Positions 29,147 to 39,377 of a DNA stretch of 64,000 nt are shown in pieces (within the stretch, counting starts at the first letter, position 1; every line of letters starts with the position of its first letter). A model generated the notes under the pieces. That model was not told where the DNA came from. It saw only the letters and a list, made by a program, of their open reading frames with translations, and searched no databases. Origin of the DNA: Minisyncoccia bacterium. GTDB lineage: Bacteria > Patescibacteriota > Minisyncoccia > Phycocordibacterales > CALRBL01. The stretch covers positions 6,047-70,046 of the forward strand of contig JBBRNV010000004.1 in NCBI GenBank assembly GCA_038230075.1, written 5' to 3'. The position numbers and the translations under genes are program-made.

Positions 29147-32100
29147 CTATTCTGTAGTACTCTGATCGACTGTATCTTGAATCATTTGCGACTTTCGACT
29201 TCCTGCGAATCCTGTTCCTGCAGGAATGAGTCGTCCGATGATAACGTTTTCCATAAGACCTCGTAGTTCATCCTGACTTCCTCGAATTGCAGAGCTGATA
29301 AGAATCTTTGTTGTGTTCTGGAATGATGCAGCTGAAAGGAAACTCTTTCGTGAAAGAGATACTTCAGTGATACCCATAGGTACTTGTTCTGCTTTTGATT
29401 CAAGCTTTCCTTCTGTTCTGATTCGCTTGTTTTCAAGATTATATTCTGAGATTTCAACAATGTCTCCAACTGAGAAGACTGAGTCTCCTGCTTCTTTAAT
29501 TCGTACTCGAGTAAACATCTGTCGAACAATAACTTCGATGTGCTTCTGAGAAACAGCTTCTCCTTGAAGTTCGTAGAGTTTCTTAATTTCGGCAATGATG
29601 TACTGCTCTGCTCGTTCTTTTCCACAGTAATGGAATACGTCATCGATGTCAGCAGATCCGTCGGTAAGGAAATCTCCTTTCTTTACATGATCTCCTACTT
29701 TTACCATCGATACTCGAAGAATACTTACTGAGTGTTCTGTCTCAGATTTTGTACTCTTTGCTGTCTTCTTTGTTGATGCAACTTTTTCTCCGAGATCAGG
29801 AAGAATAACAATTACTCGCTCCTTTCCTGTATTTCGAATTTCTGAAATAACTCCATCTGTTTTTGCAATCGCTGCTGGGTTTTTTGGTTTTCGCTTTTCA
29901 AATACTTCAACCACTCGAGGAAGTCCGGCAGTAATATCTCCACCAACAGTAGCAGCACCTCCAGAGTGGAAGGTTCGCATAGTAAGCTGTGTTCCAGGTT
30001 CTCCAATAGCTTGAGCAGCAACTGTTCCCACAGCTTCTCCAAGATCAACAAGATCAAGTCGTCCTAGGTCTAATCCGTAACACATTGAGCAGATTCCGTT
30101 ATGTGTTTTACATGTAAGTGGTGATCGAACAACTACTCGTTCAATTCCTGCGAGTTCAACTTGCTTAGCTTCAGGTCGAGTCAACATATGATTTCGCTTG
30201 AAGATAACTGTTCCATCTTTTGAAACAATGTCTTCTGAAGGAACTCGTCCGAAGATTGATTTTGAGATAGGTGTATCGATTCCAGATGCCGTCTTTCGTG
30301 TAATAGGCATTCCTTCTTTTGTTCCACAATCATGTTCTGAGATAACCACATCTTGCGCCACAACGAAAAGCTTTCGAGTAAGGTATCCAGCGTTCGCAGT
30401 GTTCAAGGCTGTGTCGGTCATTCCTTTTCGAGCACCGTGAGTTGAAATAAAGTATTCAATAGGTGTAAATCCTTCAAGACCTGATGAGATAATTGGAATT
30501 TCAATTGTTTCTCCTCGTGAGTTCTGAATCAATCCTTTCATTCCGGCCATCTGAGTAAGCTGACCAATTGTTCCTCGAGCAGCTGATGTAATAAGGTCGT
30601 ATGCTGATCCGTTCTTATCGAGTGAATCAGGAATCAACTTTTCAAGAGAACTTTTCGCTTCGTGCCAAATTTCAATATTCTTTCGAAGTTTCTCTTCTTC
30701 TGTAATGAGACCTTCGTTAAATTGATGTGCGACAACCGCAGCTTCTCCTCGAGACTTTTCGATGATCGCTCCTTTTTGTGGAGGCACTCGTACTTCATCA
30801 AGACCGAATGTTGTTCCAGAATATGTTGCAAACTTAAATCCGAATGATTTTATAGAGTCGAGAATCACCGCCATAGCGTCTGTTCCATTCTTTGCGATAA
30901 GCTCGTCGAGAATGACTGACATCATAGACTTTCCAACAGTTTTATTTACATAGTGATAATCGGCAGGAAGAAGTTCGTTAAACATCAACTTTCCAGCTGT
31001 TGTTTCAAGAAGTTGTCCTTCAAATTCTTTAAACTTTGCAGTTAATGGAGGAAGAACTTTAATTTTTGCCCGATATGATAATTCACCAAATTCAATTGCT
31101 TTATATGCAGCTTCAGGACTTTCAAAGATATTTCCTTCTCCCTTTTCTCCTGCCACATCTTTTGTTACCCAGAAAACTCCAAGTGTAATATCGTGTCCAG
31201 GGGCTGAAATTAAATCTCCTGATCCAGGCTTTAGAATATTTTTGTCTGAGGCCATGATTTCTCGTGCTTCTGCCTGTGCTTCAAGTGAGAGTGGAAGGTG
31301 AACAGCCATAGTATCTCCATCGAAGTCAGCGTTGTATGCTTTACATACCATTGGGTGAAGCTGAATAGCGTTTCCTTCAATAAGAATAGGTTGGAAAGCC
31401 TGAATACCAAGTCGGTGAAGTGTAGGTGCTCGGTTTAGAAGTACGTACTTGTTTCGAATAACATCTTCAAGAATAGCCCACACTTCTGGAATTCCTTCAT
31501 CGATTAATCGTGAAGCTCCTCGAATGTTGTATGCCTGTTCTCGTTTCAAAAGTTCAGCAATAACGAATGGTCGGAAAAGTTCAAGAGCCATGTGCTTTGG
31601 AAGTCCACACTGGTTCAATTTCATATTTGGACCAACCACAATAACTGATCGTCCTGAGTAGTCTACTCGTTTTCCAAGAAGGTTTCCTCGGAGCAATCCT
31701 CGCTTTCCTTTTAGATTATCTGCAAGAGATTTAAGAGGTCGTCGTTGAGCTTGGTTAACTCCAGCAAAGAGTGCGTTTCCGTGTCGGATTGAGTTGTCGA
31801 TAAGTGCATCAACAGCTTCTTGAAGAATTCGTTTTTCGTTTCGAAGAATAACATCTGGTGCGTGAATTTCTTTCAACTTTCGAAGTCGGTTGTTTCGGTT
31901 GATTACTCGTCGATACAAGTCGTTAATATCTGATGTTGCTGTTCGTCCACCATCAAGAGCAACCATAGGTCGAAGTGCTGGAGGAATAACAGGAATTCGA
32001 GTGAGAAACATCCATTCTGGTCGGATACCTGAAGAAATAAGACCTCGAATAACTGACAATCGCTTCAAAAGTTTTTCTCGTTCTGTTGAACCAGCTTTTT

Positions 32101-32839
32101 CAAGTTCTACTTCAAGTGCTGCATACAATTTGTTCAGATCTAATTTTTTGAAAAGATTAAATACTGCTTCTGCTCCAATTTCAGCTTCGAAAATAGTTCC
32201 AAATTTTAGTGAGAATTTGTGATACTCAATTTCATCGAGCACTCGTCCGATGATAAGACTTTCAATATCTCGTTTAGCATTTAACATCATTTCTGACATT
32301 GCCAGCTTCGTCTTTTCATCGTTAAGAGTTCTGAGTTTATTTTTGTATTCCCCATCGAGTTCTTTCAAGATTTTTGTTCGTTCATCTTCATTTACTTTTG
32401 TCACAAGGTAACCAGCAAAGTACACAACTTTTTCAAGATCTGAACTGCTCATTCCTAGAATTGTTCCGATTCGTGATGGAAGAGATCGAAGAAACCAAAT
32501 ATGTGACACGGGAGTAGAAAGTTCAATGTGTCCCATTCGTTCTCGTCGAACAATAGATCGTGTAATTTCAACACCACATTTTTCACAAATGATTCCCTTG
32601 TATCGAATACCTCGATATTTTCCACAATAACATTCGTAATCTTTTTCAGGACCGAAGATTTTTTCATCGAAAAGACCATTCTTTTCACTTCGCTGAGTTC
32701 GGTAGTTCATCGTTTCAGGTTTTGTAACCTCTCCGTGTGACCATTCCAAAATTCGCTCAGGTGAAGCGATCTTCAATTCGATTGATTCGAATCCTTGATG
32801 ATCTCCAAACTTATCTTTATTTACAATTGAGTTTTTCAT
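29147..32839 (-). CDS. rpoC: DNA-directed RNA polymerase subunit beta'
   Basis: NADFDGDTMAVH catalytic motif, zinc-binding Cys, 1230 aa. Confidence 0.97.
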   Translation of the reverse strand: MKNSIVNKDKFGDHQGFESIELKIASPERILEWSHGEVTKPETMNYRTQRSEKNGLFDEKIFGPEKDYECYCGKYRGIRYKGIICEKCGVEITRSIVRRERMGHIELSTPVSHIWFLRSLPSRIGTILGMSSSDLEKVVYFAGYLVTKVNEDERTKILKELDGEYKNKLRTLNDEKTKLAMSEMMLNAKRDIESLIIGRVLDEIEYHKFSLKFGTIFEAEIGAEAVFNLFKKLDLNKLYAALEVELEKAGSTEREKLLKRLSVIRGLISSGIRPEWMFLTRIPVIPPALRPMVALDGGRTATSDINDLYRRVINRNNRLRKLKEIHAPDVILRNEKRILQEAVDALIDNSIRHGNALFAGVNQAQRRPLKSLADNLKGKRGLLRGNLLGKRVDYSGRSVIVVGPNMKLNQCGLPKHMALELFRPFVIAELLKREQAYNIRGASRLIDEGIPEVWAILEDVIRNKYVLLNRAPTLHRLGIQAFQPILIEGNAIQLHPMVCKAYNADFDGDTMAVHLPLSLEAQAEAREIMASDKNILKPGSGDLISAPGHDITLGVFWVTKDVAGEKGEGNIFESPEAAYKAIEFGELSYRAKIKVLPPLTAKFKEFEGQLLETTAGKLMFNELLPADYHYVNKTVGKSMMSVILDELIAKNGTDAMAVILDSIKSFGFKFATYSGTTFGLDEVRVPPQKGAIIEKSRGEAAVVAHQFNEGLITEEEKLRKNIEIWHEAKSSLEKLIPDSLDKNGSAYDLITSAARGTIGQLTQMAGMKGLIQNSRGETIEIPIISSGLEGFTPIEYFISTHGARKGMTDTALNTANAGYLTRKLFVVAQDVVISEHDCGTKEGMPITRKTASGIDTPISKSIFGRVPSEDIVSKDGTVIFKRNHMLTRPEAKQVELAGIERVVVRSPLTCKTHNGICSMCYGLDLGRLDLVDLGEAVGTVAAQAIGEPGTQLTMRTFHSGGAATVGGDITAGLPRVVEVFEKRKPKNPAAIAKTDGVISEIRNTGKERVIVILPDLGEKVASTKKTAKSTKSETEHSVSILRVSMVKVGDHVKKGDFLTDGSADIDDVFHYCGKERAEQYIIAEIKKLYELQGEAVSQKHIEVIVRQMFTRVRIKEAGDSVFSVGDIVEISEYNLENKRIRTEGKLESKAEQVPMGITEVSLSRKSFLSAASFQNTTKILISSAIRGSQDELRGLMENVIIGRLIPAGTGFAGSRKSQMIQDTVDQSTTE

Positions 32840-32857
32840 AATAGTTGGTGGTGTTGC

Positions 32858-35800
32858 TTATTTGTTGTTACCTTCCTCTTGTTCTTGCGACCTTTCGTCA
32901 TCTACTGAATTATTTATAAGCTTTACATCAAGTGCCAATCCTCGAAGGTTATTCAAGAGCACATTAAATGACGCAGGGCTGTTTGTTTGTGTAATTCGAT
33001 TTCCCTTCACAATTGAATCGAAGGCTGCTGAACGTCCGAGAATATCGTCTGATTTGATAGTAAGAACTTCTCGAAGGATGTGGGCTGCACCGTGACCTGA
33101 AAGGGCCCACACTTCCATTTCTCCAAATCGTTGTCCTCCACCCTGAGCCTTTCCTCCAAGAGGTTGCTGAGTAATGAGAGAGTACGGACCAATTGATCGC
33201 ATGTGAATCTTATCTTCAACCATGTGGTGAAGTTTAAGAAGATACATGTATCCAACAGCAATATCTTTATCGAAGGCGTCTCCTGTTTGTCCATCGAAGA
33301 GTTTCATCTTTCCACCTTCTTGATATCCTGCAGTTACTAACTCTTCTTTGATTTCAGCAATTGTTGCTCCTGCGAATGCGGGAACCACAGCCTGATATCC
33401 GAGTGCATTTGCAGCAAGACCAAGATGAAGTTCAAGAATCTGTCCAAGGTTCATACGTGATGGCACTCCAAGTGGTGTCAAAATAACGTCGATAGGAGTT
33501 CCGTCTGCCATGTATGGCATTTCTTCTTCAGGAAGAATTCGTGAGATAACACCTTTATTTCCGTGTCGTCCAGCAAGTTTGTCTCCGACGGTAACGTTTC
33601 GAACTTGTGCAACTTCAATGTGAATTCGTTTGATGATTCCAGATTCAAGTTTGTCTCCTTTTTCTCGTGAGAATACTTTTACAGAAACAATTCTTCCTTT
33701 CTTTCCATTTTCCATTCGTTTTGATGTATCTTTCACATCTCGAGATTTCTCTCCGAAGATAGATCGAAGAAGTCGTTCTTCAGGAGTAAGTTGTGTTTCT
33801 CCCTTTGGAGTAATTTTTCCAACTAAGATATCTCCCGGATGTACTTCTGCTCCAATTCGTACGATTCCTTCATGGTCAAGATTCTTTAGTTTTGCTTCTC
33901 CAACATTTGGAATATCAGGAGTTGTAACTTCGGGTCCTAGTTTTGTGTCTCGCACATTCACCACAAATTCTTCAACGTGAATACTAGTGAACTTACTATT
34001 CTTAACTAATCGTTCTGAAAGAATGATGGCATCTTCATAGTTTGCGCCGTTCCATGACATGAAGGCGATGAGTGCATTGTGACCTAGAGCAATTTGTCCG
34101 TGATCAGAAGTTGATGCGTCAGCCAAAATATCTCCTTTCTTTACTTCCTGATTAAGATTTACCTGTGGTCGCTGGTGATAGTCGGTAAACTGGTTTGTTC
34201 GTGAAAATTCTACAAGCTTGTATTCAACTTCTTTTCCTTTTGTAGGCTTAAATGTAATGTGTCGGGCATCTACCGCAACAACTGTTCCGTCTTCTGGAGC
34301 AACAATCAATCTTCCTGTGTCGTACGCAGCCTGCTTTTCGATTCCAGTTGCAACAATAGGTGCTTCTGGTTCTAGTGGAGGAACTGCCTGCTTCTGCATG
34401 TTTGAACCCATCAGCGCTCGGTTAGCATCATCATGGTTCACGAAAGGAATCATGGCTGTTGCAATTGAGAATGCCTGGTTTGTTGCAACGTCGATATATT
34501 GAACTTCAGAAGGCGCCAAAATGGCTGGTTTTCCTTTAATTCGAACTTCAACAAATTCACTCACGAATGCTCCGTTTTTATCGTAATTATTTCCTGCGTG
34601 AGCAATGGCAAAACCTTCTTCTTCAAGCGCATTAACGTAGACAACTTCTCCAGTGATTTTTCCATTCTTAACTTTAACAAGAGGAGTTTCAATCATTCCG
34701 AAATTGTTTACTCGTGCATATGCTGACAAGTGAAGTACAAGACCAATGTTTGGACCTTCAGGTGTGTGAATTGGGCAGAGTCGTCCGTAGTGAGAAGGAT
34801 GCACGTCTCGAACTTCGTAACCTGCTCGTTCTCGTGTAAGTCCTCCAGGACCAAGTGCAGACACAATTCTTAAGTGCTCAAGTTCGTTCAACAAGTTATC
34901 TTGCTGCATGAATTGTGAGAGCTGGTTTGTAGTAAAAAATTCTTTGATTCGAGCTTGAAGTGGTCGAGGAACAATGAATTGCACAGGAAGTGTTGCATCA
35001 GTATCAATAGTAGACATTCGGTTTTGAATGTTTCGCTTGATCTGAGTCATACCCAATCGAATCTTTTGTGCAAGAAGTTCTCCAACATATCGAACTCGTC
35101 GTGATCCTAGGTGGTCAATATCATCAGGTGCTCCTTCTCGATTGTGATTTAAATCAACAATGTTTTTGATGATAGTAATAACGTCATCAAGAGAAAGTGT
35201 CTTTCGTTTTAGTTCAGCTTCAGTTTTTGGTTTGTTGAATCGATTATTGAATCGGTGTCGTCCTACAGGAGAAAGATCGTATCGGTCTTCTCCGAAAATT
35301 GACCCTACGAATTCTCGTGCATTTTCTACTGTTGCAAGATCACCATCTCGAAGTCGTCGATAGATTTCAACAAATGATTCATCTGATGTCTTTGCGTGAT
35401 CTTTCGCGATACTTGCTTCAATATGTTTGAGGGCAAGTTCATTATCTTTGAAGTGTGCGAGAAGATCTTTTGCTTCTTCTCCAGCACCGAATACTCGTAG
35501 AAGTGATGAAATTGGGAACTTTCGTTTCTTGTCGATTCGAACGTAAATAGCATTGTCAGGATCTGATTCAATTTCCATCCATGCTCCTCGAGCTGGAATT
35601 ACTTTGGCACCAAAGTAATTTCGTCCTTTCAATTCTTCAGAGGTGAAGAATACTCCGTATGATCGAGCAAGTTGTGGCACAATAACTCGTTCGATTCCGT
35701 TAATAACAAAAGTACCGTGATTTGTCATCAAAGGTAGATCTGCCATGAAAATCTCTTGTTCTTTTACTGAACCAAGGATTTTATTTTTAACGCGAACCAT

Positions 35801-36106
35801 CACCTTTAGAGGTGCTTCGTATGTTAACTTATTGTGCTTTGCATAAAATTCGTCGAACTTAGGATGAGTGATTTCGAAACCAGTGAAATCGAGTTCAAAC
35901 TTTTTCTCAGAGTAGTCTTTGATTGAAGAGAATTCTCCAAATACTTCTTTGAGTCCTTTTTCAAGCAGTTGCTTGAAAGATTCGATCTGACCTTCTACCA
36001 GGTTTGGAAGAGGTGCGAGTGCTTCTTTAAATTTACTAAAAACTTTAACAGGTCGCGCTCCTGGACTCAGTGTTGAGCCAGTCTTGTGTTCATGTTTGTG
36101 TGCCAT
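32858..36106 (-). CDS. rpoB: DNA-directed RNA polymerase subunit beta
   Basis: conserved beta-subunit blocks throughout, 1082 aa. Confidence 0.97.
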   Translation of the reverse strand: MAHKHEHKTGSTLSPGARPVKVFSKFKEALAPLPNLVEGQIESFKQLLEKGLKEVFGEFSSIKDYSEKKFELDFTGFEITHPKFDEFYAKHNKLTYEAPLKVMVRVKNKILGSVKEQEIFMADLPLMTNHGTFVINGIERVIVPQLARSYGVFFTSEELKGRNYFGAKVIPARGAWMEIESDPDNAIYVRIDKKRKFPISSLLRVFGAGEEAKDLLAHFKDNELALKHIEASIAKDHAKTSDESFVEIYRRLRDGDLATVENAREFVGSIFGEDRYDLSPVGRHRFNNRFNKPKTEAELKRKTLSLDDVITIIKNIVDLNHNREGAPDDIDHLGSRRVRYVGELLAQKIRLGMTQIKRNIQNRMSTIDTDATLPVQFIVPRPLQARIKEFFTTNQLSQFMQQDNLLNELEHLRIVSALGPGGLTRERAGYEVRDVHPSHYGRLCPIHTPEGPNIGLVLHLSAYARVNNFGMIETPLVKVKNGKITGEVVYVNALEEEGFAIAHAGNNYDKNGAFVSEFVEVRIKGKPAILAPSEVQYIDVATNQAFSIATAMIPFVNHDDANRALMGSNMQKQAVPPLEPEAPIVATGIEKQAAYDTGRLIVAPEDGTVVAVDARHITFKPTKGKEVEYKLVEFSRTNQFTDYHQRPQVNLNQEVKKGDILADASTSDHGQIALGHNALIAFMSWNGANYEDAIILSERLVKNSKFTSIHVEEFVVNVRDTKLGPEVTTPDIPNVGEAKLKNLDHEGIVRIGAEVHPGDILVGKITPKGETQLTPEERLLRSIFGEKSRDVKDTSKRMENGKKGRIVSVKVFSREKGDKLESGIIKRIHIEVAQVRNVTVGDKLAGRHGNKGVISRILPEEEMPYMADGTPIDVILTPLGVPSRMNLGQILELHLGLAANALGYQAVVPAFAGATIAEIKEELVTAGYQEGGKMKLFDGQTGDAFDKDIAVGYMYLLKLHHMVEDKIHMRSIGPYSLITQQPLGGKAQGGGQRFGEMEVWALSGHGAAHILREVLTIKSDDILGRSAAFDSIVKGNRITQTNSPASFNVLLNNLRGLALDVKLINNSVDDERSQEQEEGNNK

Positions 36107-36296
36107 AACATGGTGCTCTCATCTCTTTTGCATCCTTTGTGCAAAGTACACAAAAAAGAGTGAGAGTAAATATTAAATTTTGCCTACACATAGTGCTCAC
36201 CTTTAGTTACGATGAGTGTATGAGAGGCCTAATAAGCTTATAAAGGAGTGACAAGCTCATTACATCAAGAATGACGCAATCGGCAATGAGGCAATA

Positions 36297-36324
36297 AATA
36301 TAACAAAGATTTCTATATAGTCAA
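36297..36324 (-). promoter_or_regulatory. candidate rpoBC promoter TTGACT-N16-TATATT, implying ~180-nt 5' leader
   Basis: hexamers read on minus strand; leader contains 12-bp palindrome CTTTGTGCAAAG. Confidence 0.4.
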
Positions 36325-36337
36325 GGGTTTTCAGAGT

Positions 36338-37726
36338 CTATTTTCCGTCGATCACGTCAATATTTCCTTGAATTGAAGACTTTTTAGCCAAAACCTGATT
36401 TCCGTAAAACGTATTGCTACCACTGCATGATTTACCAGAATAATACTTACATGCTGCATTTCTCTCTGCTGTATATGTTTGGGCGTTAGCCCCTAAGTCA
36501 CTTAAGTACATAGCTGAGGCCATAAATGCATCTTCAGGATTCCATGGATCAGAAGCAGCTTTTCCAAGCGCGCTTGTAATTCTGTCTTGAAATAATACCC
36601 ACGTTGAAGGAATAAACTGAGATGGTCCCATAGCTCCTCCGTAACCTACTTGAAACGGACATGACACTCGTGTTTTGAAAGGATCTCTTCCTAAAGCTTT
36701 TGTTATATTTAAAAATGGTTGAACATCACGACTTGGCTTCATAACATTCGCAACAGTTGCCCCAGATGAAATTCGGATTCCAGAACCACTTGTGGTGTCG
36801 GTGAGATAACATGATCCAACATTTTCACCGAGATTGCTTTCTTGTGTGATGATGGCCAATAAGAACGCAGGATCAACACCTGTCTTTCCTCCTGCTTCTC
36901 GTGCAAATGCAACGGCATCACCGAATTTGATTGATGCAGAATCTCGAAGCGCAAACAGCGCGTTTTTGATTTGTGCAGCTTTTGCTTGTTTGTCTGCGAT
37001 GACTGACTGATAGTTCTTTTGCTGCTGTTTATTAAGACCCAACAAATATTTTTTATCTCCTTCGTTTTTTTGAATTTTTGCTTCTTCTTTTTGCACATCA
37101 ACTTTTGTATCAATTTCTTGATTTCGTTTTTGATTCAACTGCTCTTTTTGACTTTCAGTATCGGCTTTTGCTTGTCGTACCTGAGTAAAAAACTGTTTAA
37201 GTGATTCTTGTACTGATCCATATGAATCAACATCAACAAAGAAATCAGAAATATTTCGTTTTGCAAGTAATACTTCAGGAAGTGTGTAGCTATCAAACTG
37301 GTGGGTTTTATCGAGAATTTCAGAAAGTGAGTCTTGTCCGTTTTGTATATGCTCTTCAAGAGTATCAATGGTCTTGGCTTTAACAGTAATATCTTTTCCT
37401 AACTGTTGAATAGCAATGTTGTGCGCTTTTATTTTTAGTTGTGCTTCTTTAATTTTTGCATCAAGAATAGCAATGTCTCTCGTTATAGAAACAGCTTCTC
37501 CTTGTTTTTGACCTAAAATAGCTTGCTGCTCTTGAATCTCCTTCTCAATTTCTGCTAACTGAGTTCGAAGTGCGGCTTCTTGTTCTGGAGTAAGGTTTGG
37601 ATTAGTTGCTGATTGAGCATTTACTACGTTAGTAAAAAGGTAAACCGGTTGACCGGAAATCAGTGAGACAGTGATTATTCCCAACAATAGTGAAAGAAGG
37701 GATTTTCTGAATGATAAAATGCTCAT
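36338..37726 (-). CDS. secreted coiled-coil protein with C-terminal lytic-transglycosylase-like (SLT/lysozyme-like) domain (PcsB-like architecture)
   Basis: N-terminal signal/TM, ~230 aa coiled coil, C-terminal AIITQESN...GAMGPSQF...AMYLSD motifs. Confidence 0.55.
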   Translation of the reverse strand: MSILSFRKSLLSLLLGIITVSLISGQPVYLFTNVVNAQSATNPNLTPEQEAALRTQLAEIEKEIQEQQAILGQKQGEAVSITRDIAILDAKIKEAQLKIKAHNIAIQQLGKDITVKAKTIDTLEEHIQNGQDSLSEILDKTHQFDSYTLPEVLLAKRNISDFFVDVDSYGSVQESLKQFFTQVRQAKADTESQKEQLNQKRNQEIDTKVDVQKEEAKIQKNEGDKKYLLGLNKQQQKNYQSVIADKQAKAAQIKNALFALRDSASIKFGDAVAFAREAGGKTGVDPAFLLAIITQESNLGENVGSCYLTDTTSGSGIRISSGATVANVMKPSRDVQPFLNITKALGRDPFKTRVSCPFQVGYGGAMGPSQFIPSTWVLFQDRITSALGKAASDPWNPEDAFMASAMYLSDLGANAQTYTAERNAACKYYSGKSCSGSNTFYGNQVLAKKSSIQGNIDVIDGK

Positions 37727-37775
37727 AGCCGAAGCCTGAGCATTATATCATACCAATATTGTAGGTTGTCTAGTG

Positions 37776-38420
37776 TTATTCTGCTGCTGGTTCTGCGTCT
37801 TCTTCTTTCTTTCCCTTCTTTTCTGAGAGCTCAATCGCTGAGAAATCGACAGGTACTGAAACTTCTTCAACCTCTTCTTTTGCAGGGTTTGCAAGAACAA
37901 TGACGTCATCTGCTTCAGTGATAAGAGTTACTCCTGCTGGAAGTTTAAGATCTCGTGCATGAATCTGATCTTCAAATGTTGCGAGTGCTGAGATATCAAC
38001 CACAATTTCATGTGGAAGGTTCGCTGCTTCTGCTTCAATTTCAACTTCGTGAACTACCTTAACCAATGTTCCTCCAAGAGTTTTAACCGCTTCAGAAACA
38101 CCAATGAATTCAATTGGAACATGAACTTTAACTTTTTTACCTTTTTCAAGAACGTAAAAGTCGATGTGTCTGATTTTTCCAACAACAGGATCTCGGTCGA
38201 TGTCGTGAACAAGAACATCAAATGTTCCTTCTGTTGTTGTTAATTTGATAACAGTTGATTCACCAGCTTGCTTAAATGCTCGAAGGAAATCAACTTCATT
38301 AATAGTAATTGGAGTAGAAGCCTGAACTCTGCCGTAATATACAGCTGGAATCTGGCCCTCTCGGCGGATTTTACTGAGGTTTCCGCCTACCTGACGCTTT
38401 TCTGCTTGTAATGTAATCAT
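37776..38420 (-). CDS. rplY: 50S ribosomal protein L25 / general stress protein Ctc
   Basis: N-terminus LQAEKRQVGGNLSKIRREGQIPAVYYG; long Ctc form with acidic tail. Confidence 0.85.
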   Translation of the reverse strand: MITLQAEKRQVGGNLSKIRREGQIPAVYYGRVQASTPITINEVDFLRAFKQAGESTVIKLTTTEGTFDVLVHDIDRDPVVGKIRHIDFYVLEKGKKVKVHVPIEFIGVSEAVKTLGGTLVKVVHEVEIEAEAANLPHEIVVDISALATFEDQIHARDLKLPAGVTLITEADDVIVLANPAKEEVEEVSVPVDFSAIELSEKKGKKEEDAEPAAE

Positions 38421-38477
38421 AGGTAACCAGTCTAGCGTAAAACCTTAAAAAATCAACTAACATGAGAGATTTCTGAA

Positions 38478-39026
38478 TTATCGTCCTCCAGCTGGATCAG
38501 ATGTACAGAGAGTATTTCCATTCTGATATCCAACCAATGTACCTGGTCCACAAGAAACTTGTCCTTCGAGAACCCAGTTTAATGATGTCGCGGGATCAAT
38601 AGGACAAGCAGTTGTTACACAAGTATAAATCGCTCCCTCACTTTGACCACCGGCAAGCGTTATAAGGTATGTGTTAACAGGAGGAGTTGAAGGAATATAT
38701 TTAGAAAGTTCGGTCATTGTTGCGGGCACTTCACTATATTGAGTTCCAGAGAAGATACATTTTCCTGCTGCGTAGTTATATCCTGTACCCAAACAAATTG
38801 GAGTAGCAGCTACTGGAACCACTGGATAATATCCATATGTCTGATAATACTGAGCAAACGCCTTTTGATATTCTCGAACTTGAGAAATTGTTTTGGCGTT
38901 TCTTCCTTTGATTCGAGATGCGTTTGCGGCAGTAAAAACAACAGCAGATAGAAAACCAATGATGGCAACAACAACTAAAACTTCTAGTAATGTGAATCCT
39001 TTATTTGTTTTTTTATATAAATTCAT
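38478..39026 (-). CDS. type IV pilin-like protein (prepilin-type N-terminal cleavage/methylation domain)
   Basis: KGFTLLEVLVVVAIIGFLSAVV class III signal motif. Confidence 0.7.
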   Translation of the reverse strand: MNLYKKTNKGFTLLEVLVVVAIIGFLSAVVFTAANASRIKGRNAKTISQVREYQKAFAQYYQTYGYYPVVPVAATPICLGTGYNYAAGKCIFSGTQYSEVPATMTELSKYIPSTPPVNTYLITLAGGQSEGAIYTCVTTACPIDPATSLNWVLEGQVSCGPGTLVGYQNGNTLCTSDPAGGR

Positions 39027-39031
39027 AAATG

Positions 39032-39355
39032 TTATTTTTGATTTTTTGAAGGGAACGTGTCTAAAATTTCTTTGGGCAACCTCTGTACAACATCTCTTGG
39101 TAAATCTTCACGATATGTTACTTGAATTTCTTTCTTATTCCCCATTACGATAAAAAAACTTGCCGCGATAAGAAGAACACCCGCTCCTACAATAAAAATT
39201 TGAGCGGTTGTTTCGCTACTCATCAAACCACTTTTAACAAACCACGTAACTAACGTACTTTTTTGAGAACCTCTTTGATATGTATCACCATACGCTTGCC
39301 TTGTCTCTTCAATAAATTCAATATCGCTCATTGCCATTAAGTATATCATCATTAA
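39032..39355 (-). CDS. hypothetical single-pass membrane protein (ORF track extends to 39463; shorter start chosen to avoid 85-nt overlap with divergent kinase gene)
   Basis: one TM helix (IFIVGAGVLLIAASFFIVMG); internal Met codons at 39355/39337. Confidence 0.35.
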   Translation of the reverse strand, partial: LMMIYLMAMSDIEFIEETRQAYGDTYQRGSQKSTLVTWFVKSGLMSSETTAQIFIVGAGVLLIAASFFIVMGNKKEIQVTYREDLPRDVVQRLPKEILDTFPSKNQK

Positions 39356-39377
39356 AAGTTCATGATAATATGTACGT

